Of a stretch of 64,000 nt of DNA, positions 21,417-31,339 are shown piece after piece (the stretch's first letter is position 1; every line of letters starts with the position of its first letter). The stretch is from Desulfatiglandales bacterium (GTDB taxonomy: Bacteria > Desulfobacterota > DSM-4660 > Desulfatiglandales > Desulfatiglandaceae): positions 7,296,001-7,360,000 of the forward strand of contig OY759599.1 in the NCBI GenBank assembly GCA_963662465.1, in the 5' to 3' direction. The position numbers and the translations under genes were made by a program. The notes under the pieces are model-generated. The model did not search any database. It was not told the origin of the DNA and saw only the letters and a program-made list of their open reading frames with translations.

Positions 21417-22766
21417 ATGTCAAAGGCGAAGATTCTGATTGTTGATGATGAACTGATCATGCGGGAGTCTCTGGGCGAGTGGCTGGAAAGGGATGGCTAC
21501 TGGGTGATGAAGGCCGACAGCGGTGAAAGGGCCGTTGAAATGGTGCAAAAAACCATGTTTGATGTTCTTCTGGTGGACATGAAAATGGAGAAAATGAGCG
21601 GCCTTGAGGTGTTGCAGCATGTTAAACGTCATGATCCTGAAGTGGCTGTGGTGATTATTACGGCATACGGCTCCATTTCCGGCGCCGTCGACGCCATGAA
21701 ACATGGTGCATGGGATTATCTTTTGAAGCCTTTTGATCCCGCTGAGTTGGGAATGCTCATTCAAAAAATCCTGCGACACCAGGCCCAGAACCGGGAAAAT
21801 CAGTTTTTGAAGGCCCAGGACCGGGACAGAACACGGTTTGAAAGCCTTATCGGCCAAACTTCCGCCATGCAGGCGGTTTTCAATTTGATAGAGGACGTGG
21901 CCCGGGCCCAGTCCACGGTTTTGATTAACGGGGAGACCGGTACGGGAAAGGGACTGGCCGCCAAGGCGATCCATGCCAAAAGTTCCCGCGCCAAAGGCCC
22001 TTTTGCCGTGGTCAATTGCGGCGCATTTCCCGAACGTCTTCTGGAAAGTGAACTCTTCGGGTTTCAAAAAGGGGCTTTTACCGATGCCAAAACCACCAAG
22101 AAGGGACGACTGGAACTGGCCCACGGGGGAACCCTGTTTCTGGATGAAATCGGTGAAATCAGTCCGAGAATGCAGGTGGACTTGTTGCGTGTTCTGGAAG
22201 ACCGGGTGTTCTACCGCCTTGGCGGTACTCAGCCCATTGAGGCGGATTTTAGAATCATTGCCGCCACCAATCGGGATCTGGAAAAGGCCATCCGTGAAAA
22301 GGCTTTCCGGGAAGATTTCTATTATCGCCTCAATGTGATCTCTTTTTCCATGCCCCCCCTGCGGGACCGAAAGGCGGATCTTCCACTCCTTTCCCTGCAT
22401 TTTCTGAAGCGATTCGCACGGGAAACCAACGGGGTCATGGCGCACATCAGCCGAAGGGCCATGGCGGTGATGATGCGTTACGACTGGCCCGGAAATGTTC
22501 GGGAACTGGAAAATGCCATTGAGCGGGCGGTGGTGGTGGGTAAAGGCAAGCGCATGATGCCTGAAGATCTTCCCATGTTCCGCTCCGAACATATGTTGTC
22601 CGCTGAAAATCTTTCCCTTAAGGAAGTGGAAAGAGAACACATCAAACGGATTTTAGCGGTTCACGACTGGAATATTTCTAAAACCGCAGCAACACTCTGT
22701 ATTGATCGTTCAACCCTTTATACCAAGATTCGTCGCTATCGGCTGGAGAGGTCGGGTGATGTGTAG
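21417..22766 (+). CDS. Sigma-54-dependent response regulator (NtrC family)
   Basis: Receiver domain, GETGTGK, GAFTDA, LFLDEIGE, WPGNVRELEN and Fis-type HTH. Confidence 0.95.
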   Translation: MSKAKILIVDDELIMRESLGEWLERDGYWVMKADSGERAVEMVQKTMFDVLLVDMKMEKMSGLEVLQHVKRHDPEVAVVIITAYGSISGAVDAMKHGAWDYLLKPFDPAELGMLIQKILRHQAQNRENQFLKAQDRDRTRFESLIGQTSAMQAVFNLIEDVARAQSTVLINGETGTGKGLAAKAIHAKSSRAKGPFAVVNCGAFPERLLESELFGFQKGAFTDAKTTKKGRLELAHGGTLFLDEIGEISPRMQVDLLRVLEDRVFYRLGGTQPIEADFRIIAATNRDLEKAIREKAFREDFYYRLNVISFSMPPLRDRKADLPLLSLHFLKRFARETNGVMAHISRRAMAVMMRYDWPGNVRELENAIERAVVVGKGKRMMPEDLPMFRSEHMLSAENLSLKEVEREHIKRILAVHDWNISKTAATLCIDRSTLYTKIRRYRLERSGDV

Positions 22767-22792
22767 TCGGGCGGACACGCAGGTCCGCCCGA
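22763..22792. repeat. REP-like hairpin at the end of the regulator gene
   Basis: GTAGTCGGGCGGACACGCAGGTCCGCCCCG: GTAG followed by a GGGCGGAC/GTCCGCCC stem. Confidence 0.5.
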
Positions 22793-23449
22793 TTCGTCAA
22801 CAGAGTTTTTGCGTCTCCGCCGGTTTGTCCGGTTTGACCATCCAGATTTGTCCTCTCAATACCGTTCCGATGGCGGTGTTTTTTATCAAATCGGCACATT
22901 TTCCTCTCCGGTATATGGATCCGTAACCGATGTTGGTTCTTTTGGTTTCATGGGTGATTATCGGCATATTCAAATAACTCCTTTTTGATTGTTTTGGGTT
23001 AATGGCGTATTTTTTATTGTAAATCCTGAATTTTACAACTACTCAGCAAAAACGGCGCCAAATTTCCATGATGCTCAGCCAAAACAAGACAATTGGCTGA
23101 AAATTAAAAATAAAAAAAATCTTTATCCCTGTTTGTTATTGGGTAGTCGGGATTTTCATGTTGTATTTTTCAACAGTGCCGTCTTGTCTCACAAGCGACA
23201 CTTCGTAATCCGAGGCGCGGCACCCTGATGATAAGCGAAAATTTATTCGTTGTAGGAAAATGCAACGCTTCGTCTGATTTTCCTACACTTTCGGGTTGCG
23301 TTTATTGAGGAGCGAATCGACACGAACAGGGTTGACACTTGAATCTCATTTCTTTATCCTCCCACTGGTTCGATTGCGATATACGCCATATATTTTTTTC
23401 CACTTTGCGCTTTAGTTTTTCGGTTTAGCGCTTGTATCGAGGTCCACCC

Positions 23450-24790
23450 ATGGAAATTGACGATCTGAGTTTGGAAATAGAGAAATTGGGCGAATGCCGC
23501 GTGCCATCGCCTTTAGGTGTGGGGCAGTTCGTGGACGATGAGGATCGCGTGTTGTATAGCGGTACCCGGAAAGAGGCAGAGGCGTATATTCGAGCCGGAA
23601 AGGCCTTGCCGAGTTTCGAGATGGCCGGGCCGAGGGAAAAAATTTACTTTGACCCGTCAAAACTCAAGTGCGGGATTGTGACCTGCGGCGGCATCTGTCC
23701 CGGTCTGAACGATGTGATTCGGGCCATCGTGCTGAGTCTTCACTACCATTATAAGGTCAACACGGTTTTCGGATTTCGCTACGGGTACGAGGGTATTTCG
23801 CCCAAATATCGGCATGCCCCCATTGAATTAGATCCGAGTGTTGTAGCGGATATCCATCAAAAAGGGGGGACGATTCTCGGTTCATCCCGAGGTCCTCAGG
23901 ATGTGGCTGAAATGGTGGATACACTGGAGCGTATGAACGTAAGGCTCCTTTTTACCATTGGCGGCGACGGCACCCTGCGGGGGGCCCAGGCCATTTCCGA
24001 GGAGATCGGCCGGCGTAACCTCAAGATCGCTGTGGTGGGCATTCCCAAAACCATTGATAACGATATCTCCCATATGGACGAGTCTTTTGGGTTTCAGACA
24101 GCGGTTTCCATGGCCAGGCCCTCCATTTATGCGGCCCACGTGGAGGCGAAGGGGGCGAGAAACGGCGTGGGTCTGGTAAAATTGATGGGCCGGGAATCCG
24201 GGTTTATCGCGGCTTACGCGGCGCTTGCCACCAGTGATGTCAATTTTTGCCTGGTGCCGGAGGTGCCGTTCAGCCTTGAGCGTTTTCTCCCCGTCCTGAA
24301 AGCGAAACTGGAAAAGACCAGCCATGCGGTGATTGTGGCGGCTGAAGGCGCGGGTCAGGATTTGCTGGGAAAGGGGCGGGAATGCGATGCTTCCGGGAAC
24401 CCCCGGTTCGGCGATATCGGCATTTTCCTGCGCGACGAAATCAAGGCCTATTTCAAGCGGGAAGGGGTCGAAATTCAGCTGAAATATATCGATCCCAGCT
24501 ATATTATCCGCAGCGTTCCCGCAAACCCCAAGGATTCCGTTTTCTGTTTGCTGCTGGGGCATAATGCCGTGCATGCGGGCATGGCGGGCCGAACCAATAT
24601 GGTGGTGGGTTACTGGGACTCTGAATACACACACGTGCCGATTCCCCTGGCAGTTTCAAGGCGTAAGAGAATCGAGCCCGGCGGCAGGCTTTGGAGCAGC
24701 GTGCTGGAATCTACCGGGCAGCCCAAGGATTTGGCGGAGCCCGGCGGAAAGGGTGAAAATGTGTGTTCAACCCCCTCGGAAAACCCATGA
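23450..24790 (+). CDS. pfkA: ATP-dependent 6-phosphofructokinase
   Basis: TCGGICPGLN, GGDGT (Gly form, ATP-type), PKTIDND, MGRESG and YIDPSYIIRS. Confidence 0.92.
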   Translation: MEIDDLSLEIEKLGECRVPSPLGVGQFVDDEDRVLYSGTRKEAEAYIRAGKALPSFEMAGPREKIYFDPSKLKCGIVTCGGICPGLNDVIRAIVLSLHYHYKVNTVFGFRYGYEGISPKYRHAPIELDPSVVADIHQKGGTILGSSRGPQDVAEMVDTLERMNVRLLFTIGGDGTLRGAQAISEEIGRRNLKIAVVGIPKTIDNDISHMDESFGFQTAVSMARPSIYAAHVEAKGARNGVGLVKLMGRESGFIAAYAALATSDVNFCLVPEVPFSLERFLPVLKAKLEKTSHAVIVAAEGAGQDLLGKGRECDASGNPRFGDIGIFLRDEIKAYFKREGVEIQLKYIDPSYIIRSVPANPKDSVFCLLLGHNAVHAGMAGRTNMVVGYWDSEYTHVPIPLAVSRRKRIEPGGRLWSSVLESTGQPKDLAEPGGKGENVCSTPSENP

Positions 24791-24925
24791 GGGGCGCTGC
24801 TTCTGGGAAATATAAATTATTCCGTATTAACAGTTACTTGGTCCTTTTGATCCTCTGACCATTAAGCGGATGGAAGCCGTTCCCGCAATTTTTTTGATAA
24901 TCTTGAAACAATTGATCATTTTTTC

Positions 24926-24953
24926 TTGACACCTCAATGAAATTGGATATAAA
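24926..24953 (+). promoter_or_regulatory. Putative sigma-70 promoter of aprBA
   Basis: TTGACA (24926) followed after 16 bp by TATAAA (24948). Confidence 0.5.
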
Positions 24954-25240
24954 TGTGCTTGTTCCAAAATGCACAAAGTATTTTCAAGAACGAAGTTTAA
25001 GTGCGCGGCGCCGATTTTGCGAAATGACAACGCCATCGGGAAGCGCCGGGCAAGGGGTGAATTTGAGAGGCATGGACAACGATTTTTGGTTGGAGATGAT
25101 AGGAATTGTCTCAGCCGACGTCTGTTTGAACCTTATTACAGAGAAAGGAGGTGTAAGCGTAACGCTTTTTCGGATCAATCGTTTTTTTTGATCGTATCAT
25201 CGTTTACCGTTTTTAAATTGTTGAATCAGGAGGTATACTA

Positions 25241-25675
25241 ATGCCAAGTTTCGTAATTGCAGAAAAATGCGATGGTTGTAAAGGGCAGGACAAGACCGCG
25301 TGTATGTATATTTGCCCCAACGACCTCATGGTGCTGGATAAAGAAAAGATGAAGGCATATAACCGTGATCCTTCCATGTGCTGGGAATGCCAGTGCTGCG
25401 TCAAGATTTGCCCGCAGCAGGCCATGGATGTTCGTGGTTACGCCGATTTTATTCCCTTGGGCGCAAGCTGTACGCCGCTTCGCGGTTCCGAGGATATTAT
25501 GTGGACCGTCAAGTTTCGCGACGGCAGCTTGAAGAGATTTAAATTCCCCATCCGGACAACTGAAGAAGGTTCCGCGGATCCATTGGGCGGTTTTGCAACC
25601 AATGACGATCTGAACAACGAAGCCTTGGCAACCGAGCCTGCATCCCTGGGTCTCGATGCAGTTCCCACATTCTAG
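25241..25675 (+). CDS. aprB: Adenylylsulfate reductase beta subunit
   Basis: CDGCKGQDKTACMYICPNDLM, CWECQCCVKICP and RFKFPIRTT. Confidence 0.98.
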   Translation: MPSFVIAEKCDGCKGQDKTACMYICPNDLMVLDKEKMKAYNRDPSMCWECQCCVKICPQQAMDVRGYADFIPLGASCTPLRGSEDIMWTVKFRDGSLKRFKFPIRTTEEGSADPLGGFATNDDLNNEALATEPASLGLDAVPTF

Positions 25676-25695
25676 AGAGAGGAGGTAACTTAGAT

Positions 25696-27579
25696 ATGGC
25701 AAATTTTGAAACAGTAGAAGTAAGCACGGACCTCCTGATTCTTGGTGGGGGTTTTTCAGCCTGTGGCGTGGCCACGGAAGCCGCCTATTGGGCAAAGAAA
25801 AATGGTCTTAAGGTCACCTTGGTGGACAAAGCCGCATTGGATCGAAGCGGCGCCGTAGCCATGGGTCTTTCCGCCATCAATCAGTACGTGGGCGTAAAAG
25901 ACGGCGACAATACCCTCGAAGACTACGTTCGTTATGTGCGTCAGGACCTCATGGGTGTTTCCAGGGAAGATCTGGTTTACAACATCGCCCGTCACGTGGA
26001 CTCCTCGGTTCATCTGTTTGAAAAATGGGGTCTTAAAATCTGGTTGGATGAAAACGGCAAGTACGTGCATGAAGGTCGTTGGCAGCTCATGATTAACGGC
26101 GAGTCCTACAAGATTCTCGTCGCGGAAGCCGCCAAAAACGCCATTGCCGAAGCGGGTGGTGAAATCTTTGAAAGGATTTTCATTGTCGAACCGCTGTTGG
26201 ACGGCAACAAGTGCGTGGGCGCCGTCGGTTTCAGCACCCGTGAAGAAAAATTCTACGTGTTCAAGGCCAAGGCAACGGTCGCAACCATGGGCGGCGCGGT
26301 ACACGTATTCCGTCCCAGGTCCGTTGGCGAAGGTTTTGGACGTTCCTGGTATCCTCCGTTTAACACCGGTTCCAGCGCCTACTTTACCATTAAGGCCGGC
26401 GCCGAAATGACCTGCCAGGAAGTGCGTTTTATTCCCGTCCGATTCAAGGATGCGTACGGTCCCGTGGGCGCATGGTTCCTGCTGTTTAAATCCCGCGCCA
26501 TCAGCGCGGTGGGCGGCGAGTATATGTCGGTGAGGAAAGAGGAGCTGCAGAACTGGGCCCCCTATGGCCTCGCCAAACCCATTCCGGCCAACCTCAGGAA
26601 TTACCTGGGTATGCTGGATATTGATGAAGGCTTAGGTCCCTTGTACATGGAGACCGCTGAGGCCATGGGCAAGATCGCCGATGCTTTTAAGGATGACCCC
26701 AAGGGTTACAAGAAGAAAGTGAAGGAACTGGAGTCCGAAGCATGGGAAGATTTTCTGGATATGACCATTTCCCAGGCGCACCTCTGGGCTGCCATGAACG
26801 TCAAACCCGAAGAGAAACATTCCGAAATTGCCGCTTGTGAGCCTTACTTCATTGGTTCCCACTCCGGCGCTTCCGGTGCATGGGTGAGTGGTCCTGAAGA
26901 TCTGGATACCCCCTACAAATGGGGTTACGCCAACATGACAACGGTGGATGGTTTGTTTGCGGCCGGCGACGCTTCCGGCGCTTCCAGCCATAAGTTTTCC
27001 TCCGGTTCCCACGCGGAAGGTCGTTATACCGGTAAAGCCGCCATTAAGTACATCGTGGAAAAGGGTGCAGAGCCCAACGTCGATGCGGCCGTGGTGGAAG
27101 ACCTGAGAGCAAAGATCCTGGCGCCTCTGGATCGCTACCAGGAATTCTGCAACATTACCACCGAGCCCTCCGTCAACCCCAACTACATTCTGTGGCGTCC
27201 CTTTATGGATCGTATGCAGAAGATCATGGATGAGTATGCAGGCGGTGTGACCGCGGGCTTCAAGACCAGCAAACCGAATCTTGAGAGAGCCATGGAGCTG
27301 TTCGTGTTTCTGCAGGAAGATGCCGAGAAACTGGCTGCTCAGGGTATTTACGAACTGGAAAGGTGCTGGGAGAATATGCACCGCATGGCGCAGGCGGAAG
27401 CCCATGTGCGCACCATGCTGTTCCGTGATGAGACCCGTTGGCCTGGATACTACTTCAGGGCCGATACGCCGACCATGGACGAAGAAAACTGGCACTGCTT
27501 TGCCAACTGCAGGCGTGATGCTGCAACCGGCGAGTGGGAAATGTCCAAGAAAGATATTTGGAACATCCCCGGTGTATAA
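25696..27579 (+). CDS. aprA: Adenylylsulfate reductase alpha subunit
   Basis: RSGAVAMGLSAIN, WQLMINGESYK, HKFSSGSHAEGR and ETRWPGYYFRAD. Confidence 0.98.
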   Translation: MANFETVEVSTDLLILGGGFSACGVATEAAYWAKKNGLKVTLVDKAALDRSGAVAMGLSAINQYVGVKDGDNTLEDYVRYVRQDLMGVSREDLVYNIARHVDSSVHLFEKWGLKIWLDENGKYVHEGRWQLMINGESYKILVAEAAKNAIAEAGGEIFERIFIVEPLLDGNKCVGAVGFSTREEKFYVFKAKATVATMGGAVHVFRPRSVGEGFGRSWYPPFNTGSSAYFTIKAGAEMTCQEVRFIPVRFKDAYGPVGAWFLLFKSRAISAVGGEYMSVRKEELQNWAPYGLAKPIPANLRNYLGMLDIDEGLGPLYMETAEAMGKIADAFKDDPKGYKKKVKELESEAWEDFLDMTISQAHLWAAMNVKPEEKHSEIAACEPYFIGSHSGASGAWVSGPEDLDTPYKWGYANMTTVDGLFAAGDASGASSHKFSSGSHAEGRYTGKAAIKYIVEKGAEPNVDAAVVEDLRAKILAPLDRYQEFCNITTEPSVNPNYILWRPFMDRMQKIMDEYAGGVTAGFKTSKPNLERAMELFVFLQEDAEKLAAQGIYELERCWENMHRMAQAEAHVRTMLFRDETRWPGYYFRADTPTMDEENWHCFANCRRDAATGEWEMSKKDIWNIPGV

Positions 27580-27600
27580 TCATTAACCGTTGTTAACCAT

Positions 27601-27637
27601 TGCTCCAGGCGTCTTTATGATGCCTGGAGCATTTTGT
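27601..27637 (+). terminator. Hairpin/terminator after aprA
   Basis: TGCTCCAGGCGTC-TTTAT-GATGCCTGGAGCA followed by TTTTGTT. Confidence 0.7.
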
Positions 27638-27642
27638 TATCA

Positions 27643-27800
27643 GTTTTACGTTTTATGTTTTAAGTTTTAAGCATTTATGGGACCTTTGAGAATCTTAAAA
27701 CTTAAAACTTAAAACTTGGTGAATTGGCGTTTTTGAAGCATTCATCAAAGATATTAGGGCACTAACAGCTAACAGCTAACAGCTAATAGCTAACAGCTAA
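27643..27800. repeat. Heptamer tandem arrays: (GTTTTAA)-like x4, inverted (CTTAAAA)x3, then (CTAACAG)x5
   Basis: Read directly at 27643-27671, 27694-27717 and 27762-27800. Confidence 0.9.
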
Positions 27801-27823
27801 AAACAATAATGCTGGAGGAGACA

Positions 27824-29092
27824 ATGGCAGATGTACAAACGACAAACCAGAGTATACTGGTGGTTGGCGGAGGCATGAGTGGGATTACGGCTGCCCTGGA
27901 AGCGGCCGAAGCCGGTTATGACGTAGTGCTGGTTGAAAAGAATCCCTACCTGGGTGGGCGTGTGACCCAGTTTTATCAGTATTTTCCAAAGCTGTGTCCG
28001 CCCAATTGCGGTCTTGAGATTAATTTCCGGCGCATGAGGCAAAATCCGAAGGTGCGCTTTTTTACCATGGCGGAAGTGGCGAACATTTCGGGGACGGAAG
28101 GTAATTATGACGTCGCTATTAAACTGTCTCCCCGTTATGTAACTGATAAGTGTACTTGTTGCGGCAAATGCAGTGAAGTTTGTGAAACGGAAATCGACAA
28201 TCCATTCAATTACGGTATTGACAAGATCAAGGCTGCCTATCTTCCCCAGGAATTTGCATTTCCCATGCGGTATGTGATCGATCCTTCCATCGTGGGAACC
28301 GAAGACGGTAAGAAGTGTCAGGAAGCCTGTGAATATGGCGCGGTGGATCTGGAAATGAAGGAAACTACCTTTGATCTTAAGGTGGGGGCCATTATTTGGG
28401 CCGCGGGTTGGACACCCTATGATGCCGCAAAAATTGACTACTACGGCTTTGGCGAATATAAGAATGTGGTCACCAACGTGATGATGGAGCGCATGGCGTC
28501 CCCGAACGGACCCACCGGGGGAAAGATTCTCCGGCCCTCGGACGGCAAGGAAGTCAAGAATATCGCCTTTGTCCAGTGTGCGGGATCGAGGGACGAAAAT
28601 CACCTGCCTTACTGCTCCGGCATCTGCTGCCTGGCGTCCATGAAACAGGCCACCTATGTGCGGGAACGACACCCCGATTGCGACATCAGCATATTTTTTA
28701 TTGACATCCGCGCTCTGGATCGACTGGAAGACTTTTACACCAAGGTTCAGGAAGATGAAAAAATTGAATTCATCAAAAGCAAGATTGCAAATATCTCGGA
28801 GGATGAGGCGACGGGCGACCTGTTGCTGGAAGGTGAGAATACACGGACGGGTGAGCAGCTTCGCATGACCTTTGACATGGCGGTTCTGGCCACCGGCATG
28901 GTTCCCAACAAGATCGACATCGCCGGCGCACCCGACGTGGCGGCCGACGAATACGGTTTCGTGGTCAATGATCCGCAAAAACCCGGCATATACGGCGCCG
29001 GTTGCGTCAGAAGACCCACGGATGTCGCTTCATCCGTGCAGGACGCCACATCATCCGCCTTGAAGGCTATCCAATCAATCGCGAGGAGGTAA
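27824..29092 (+). CDS. qmoA: QmoA (HdrA-like flavoprotein)
   Basis: YFPKLCPPNCGLEIN and QCAGSRDENHLPYCS; directly after aprA; GGAGGAG RBS. Confidence 0.95.
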   Translation: MADVQTTNQSILVVGGGMSGITAALEAAEAGYDVVLVEKNPYLGGRVTQFYQYFPKLCPPNCGLEINFRRMRQNPKVRFFTMAEVANISGTEGNYDVAIKLSPRYVTDKCTCCGKCSEVCETEIDNPFNYGIDKIKAAYLPQEFAFPMRYVIDPSIVGTEDGKKCQEACEYGAVDLEMKETTFDLKVGAIIWAAGWTPYDAAKIDYYGFGEYKNVVTNVMMERMASPNGPTGGKILRPSDGKEVKNIAFVQCAGSRDENHLPYCSGICCLASMKQATYVRERHPDCDISIFFIDIRALDRLEDFYTKVQEDEKIEFIKSKIANISEDEATGDLLLEGENTRTGEQLRMTFDMAVLATGMVPNKIDIAGAPDVAADEYGFVVNDPQKPGIYGAGCVRRPTDVASSVQDATSSALKAIQSIARR

Positions 29093-29096
29093 CTCG

Positions 29097-31325
29097 ATGG
29101 ACAAGAAGACAGCAGTTTATTTATGCACCGGGTGCGGCATTGGAGATGCCCTGGACATTGAACAGCTCAAGGAGGAGGGGACCGAAGACTTCAAAATTGA
29201 TGTCTCTAAGGATCATCCCTGCCTGTGCGGCGCCGAAGGGCTCGAGCTGATTAAAAAAGATATTGCCGACGGTGTCAATACGGTGATCCTCGGCGCCTGT
29301 TCCTACCGGGTTAATTACGACGTATTTAATTTTGGTCCTGGTGTGATCGTTGAGCGGGTGAACCTGCGTGAGCAGGTGGCCTGGGTTATGCCCCCCAAGG
29401 AGGAAAATACCCAGGAACTGGCCCAGGACAACCTGCGCATGGGGTGTTCCAAGGCCAAAGATACGCAATTGCCGGAACCCTTTAAGGCGGAAGAAGAATA
29501 TTCCAAGGATGTGCTGGTGGTGGGCGGGGGTCTTGCCGGTATGACGGCGGCCCTGGAAACGGCGAAAGCCGGTTACCAGGCGATTCTGGTGGAAAAGGAA
29601 GAAAACCTGGGCGGTTTCCTGGGCAGGATGAAAAAGACCATCACCCTTCCCTATAAAGAGTTGTCGGAAACCGGTGCTCAGGACCTGATCAAGGCTGTTT
29701 CGGAAGAGCCCAGGATTAAAGTATTTACCGGTTCAACCGTTGAAAAGATCAGCGGTGCTCCAGGTTTGTTCTCCGTGGATATCAAGCAAAACGGCAATGT
29801 GGTCACTGAAAGGGCAGGCGCCGTGGTGCAGGCCACCGGATGGGTTCCCTATGATGCCAACAAGCTGGGGCATCTGGGGTATGGACAGTTCAAGGACGTC
29901 ATCACCAATGTGGAAATGGAAGAGATGGCCGCAGCCGGTAAGATTACCCGGCCCTCCGACGGCAGCCCGGTCAAAAATGTGCTGTTCATTCAGTGTGCCG
30001 GTTCCAGGGATCCGGAACACCTGCCCTATTGTTCCGGCGCTTGTTGCCTGGTTTCCATGAAACAGGCCGCCTATGTGAAAGAGCAGGATGCGGAAGCGGT
30101 GAACTATGTCCTGTATAAGGATGTGCGCACGGTGGGTCAGGCGGAAGATTTTTACCGAAAGTCCCAGGAAGCTGGTAGTGTATTTATCCGCGGCGCCGCC
30201 ACGGAAGTGGGCGAGTCTGGTGGAAAACTCTTCGTGGAAGCGGATGATGAACTTCTGGGAGAGAAAGTCAAGATTGAAGAATTGGATCTGGTCGTTTTGG
30301 CGGTCGGTATGGTGCCCGCTTCGAAACCGGAAGTGGCGCCTAGAATCAAGGCGCCGGCTGATACGGCAGGCGCCGATGAAGAAGGGATGATCGAAGTGGT
30401 TCCGGATTCCGGCTTTTTTGCCAATTCCGCCTTGAACCTGGCATATCGACAGGGACCGGAGCTGCCCACCCTGAAATACGGCTTTCCCGATTCCCATTTC
30501 ATCTGTTTTCCCTATGAAACCAGACGAACCGGCATTTACAGCGCGGGATGCGTTAAGCGGCCCATGGAAACGGCAAAGGTTTTGGATGATGCGACGGGCG
30601 CCGCCATGAAAGCCATTCAGTGTACCGAATTGACCGCTGAAGGAAAGGCCGTTCATCCCAGGGCAGGGGACATGACCTTCCCTGAATTCAACATGAACCG
30701 ATGCACCCAGTGTAAGCGGTGTACGGAAGAATGTCCCTTTGGCGCCATCAATGAGGATGAAAAAGGCAATCCCCTTCCCAATCCGACCCGGTGCCGTCGA
30801 TGCGGCGTGTGCATGGGCGCTTGCCCGGAGCGGATTATCTCCTTCAAGAATTACTCCGTGGGCATGATCGGAAACATGGTTAAGTCGATAAATGTTCCCG
30901 AAGAGGATGAGGAGAAACCGAGAGTGCTCTGCCTCATCTGCGAGAACGATGCGCTGCCGGCCCTGGATATGGCGGGCATCAAGCGCATGAAGTGGAGTCC
31001 CTATGTGCGGTTTGTTCCCCTCAGGTGTTTGGGTTCCATGAACCTGGTGTGGATTGCGGACTCCCTGTCGCGCGGCATTGACGGCATTCTGCTCATGGGA
31101 TGCCGCCACGGCGATGATTACCAGTGCCATTTCGTCAAAGGGAGTGAACTGGCCAATACGCGACTCGGCAAGGTATCCGAAACCCTGGACCGCCTGGCCC
31201 TGGAGTCTGATCGTGTGAAGTTTGTGGAAGTGGGCATTACGGATTACGACAAGATCCCCAAGATTATCGATGATTTTATGGAAACCATTGAGGAAGTGGG
31301 TCCCAACCCGTATAAAGGCTGGTAA
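29097..31325 (+). CDS. qmoB: QmoB (HdrA-MvhD fusion)
   Basis: SHFICFPYETRRTGIY, CTQCKRCTEECPFG and C-terminal MvhD-like CENDA...GDDYQCHF. Confidence 0.96.
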   Translation: MDKKTAVYLCTGCGIGDALDIEQLKEEGTEDFKIDVSKDHPCLCGAEGLELIKKDIADGVNTVILGACSYRVNYDVFNFGPGVIVERVNLREQVAWVMPPKEENTQELAQDNLRMGCSKAKDTQLPEPFKAEEEYSKDVLVVGGGLAGMTAALETAKAGYQAILVEKEENLGGFLGRMKKTITLPYKELSETGAQDLIKAVSEEPRIKVFTGSTVEKISGAPGLFSVDIKQNGNVVTERAGAVVQATGWVPYDANKLGHLGYGQFKDVITNVEMEEMAAAGKITRPSDGSPVKNVLFIQCAGSRDPEHLPYCSGACCLVSMKQAAYVKEQDAEAVNYVLYKDVRTVGQAEDFYRKSQEAGSVFIRGAATEVGESGGKLFVEADDELLGEKVKIEELDLVVLAVGMVPASKPEVAPRIKAPADTAGADEEGMIEVVPDSGFFANSALNLAYRQGPELPTLKYGFPDSHFICFPYETRRTGIYSAGCVKRPMETAKVLDDATGAAMKAIQCTELTAEGKAVHPRAGDMTFPEFNMNRCTQCKRCTEECPFGAINEDEKGNPLPNPTRCRRCGVCMGACPERIISFKNYSVGMIGNMVKSINVPEEDEEKPRVLCLICENDALPALDMAGIKRMKWSPYVRFVPLRCLGSMNLVWIADSLSRGIDGILLMGCRHGDDYQCHFVKGSELANTRLGKVSETLDRLALESDRVKFVEVGITDYDKIPKIIDDFMETIEEVGPNPYKGW

Positions 31326-31339
31326 GGGAGAGGATTTTT

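Noticed and set aside
20194..22640. 324-aa and 406-aa minus-strand ORFs
   Set aside because: Antisense shadows of the kinase and regulator genes.
27643..27800. Tandem repeats as a CRISPR array
   Set aside because: 7-bp units with no unique spacers and no cas genes.
27797..28978. 393-aa minus-strand ORF
   Set aside because: Antisense shadow of qmoA.
29733..31130. 465-aa minus-strand ORF
   Set aside because: Antisense shadow of qmoB.
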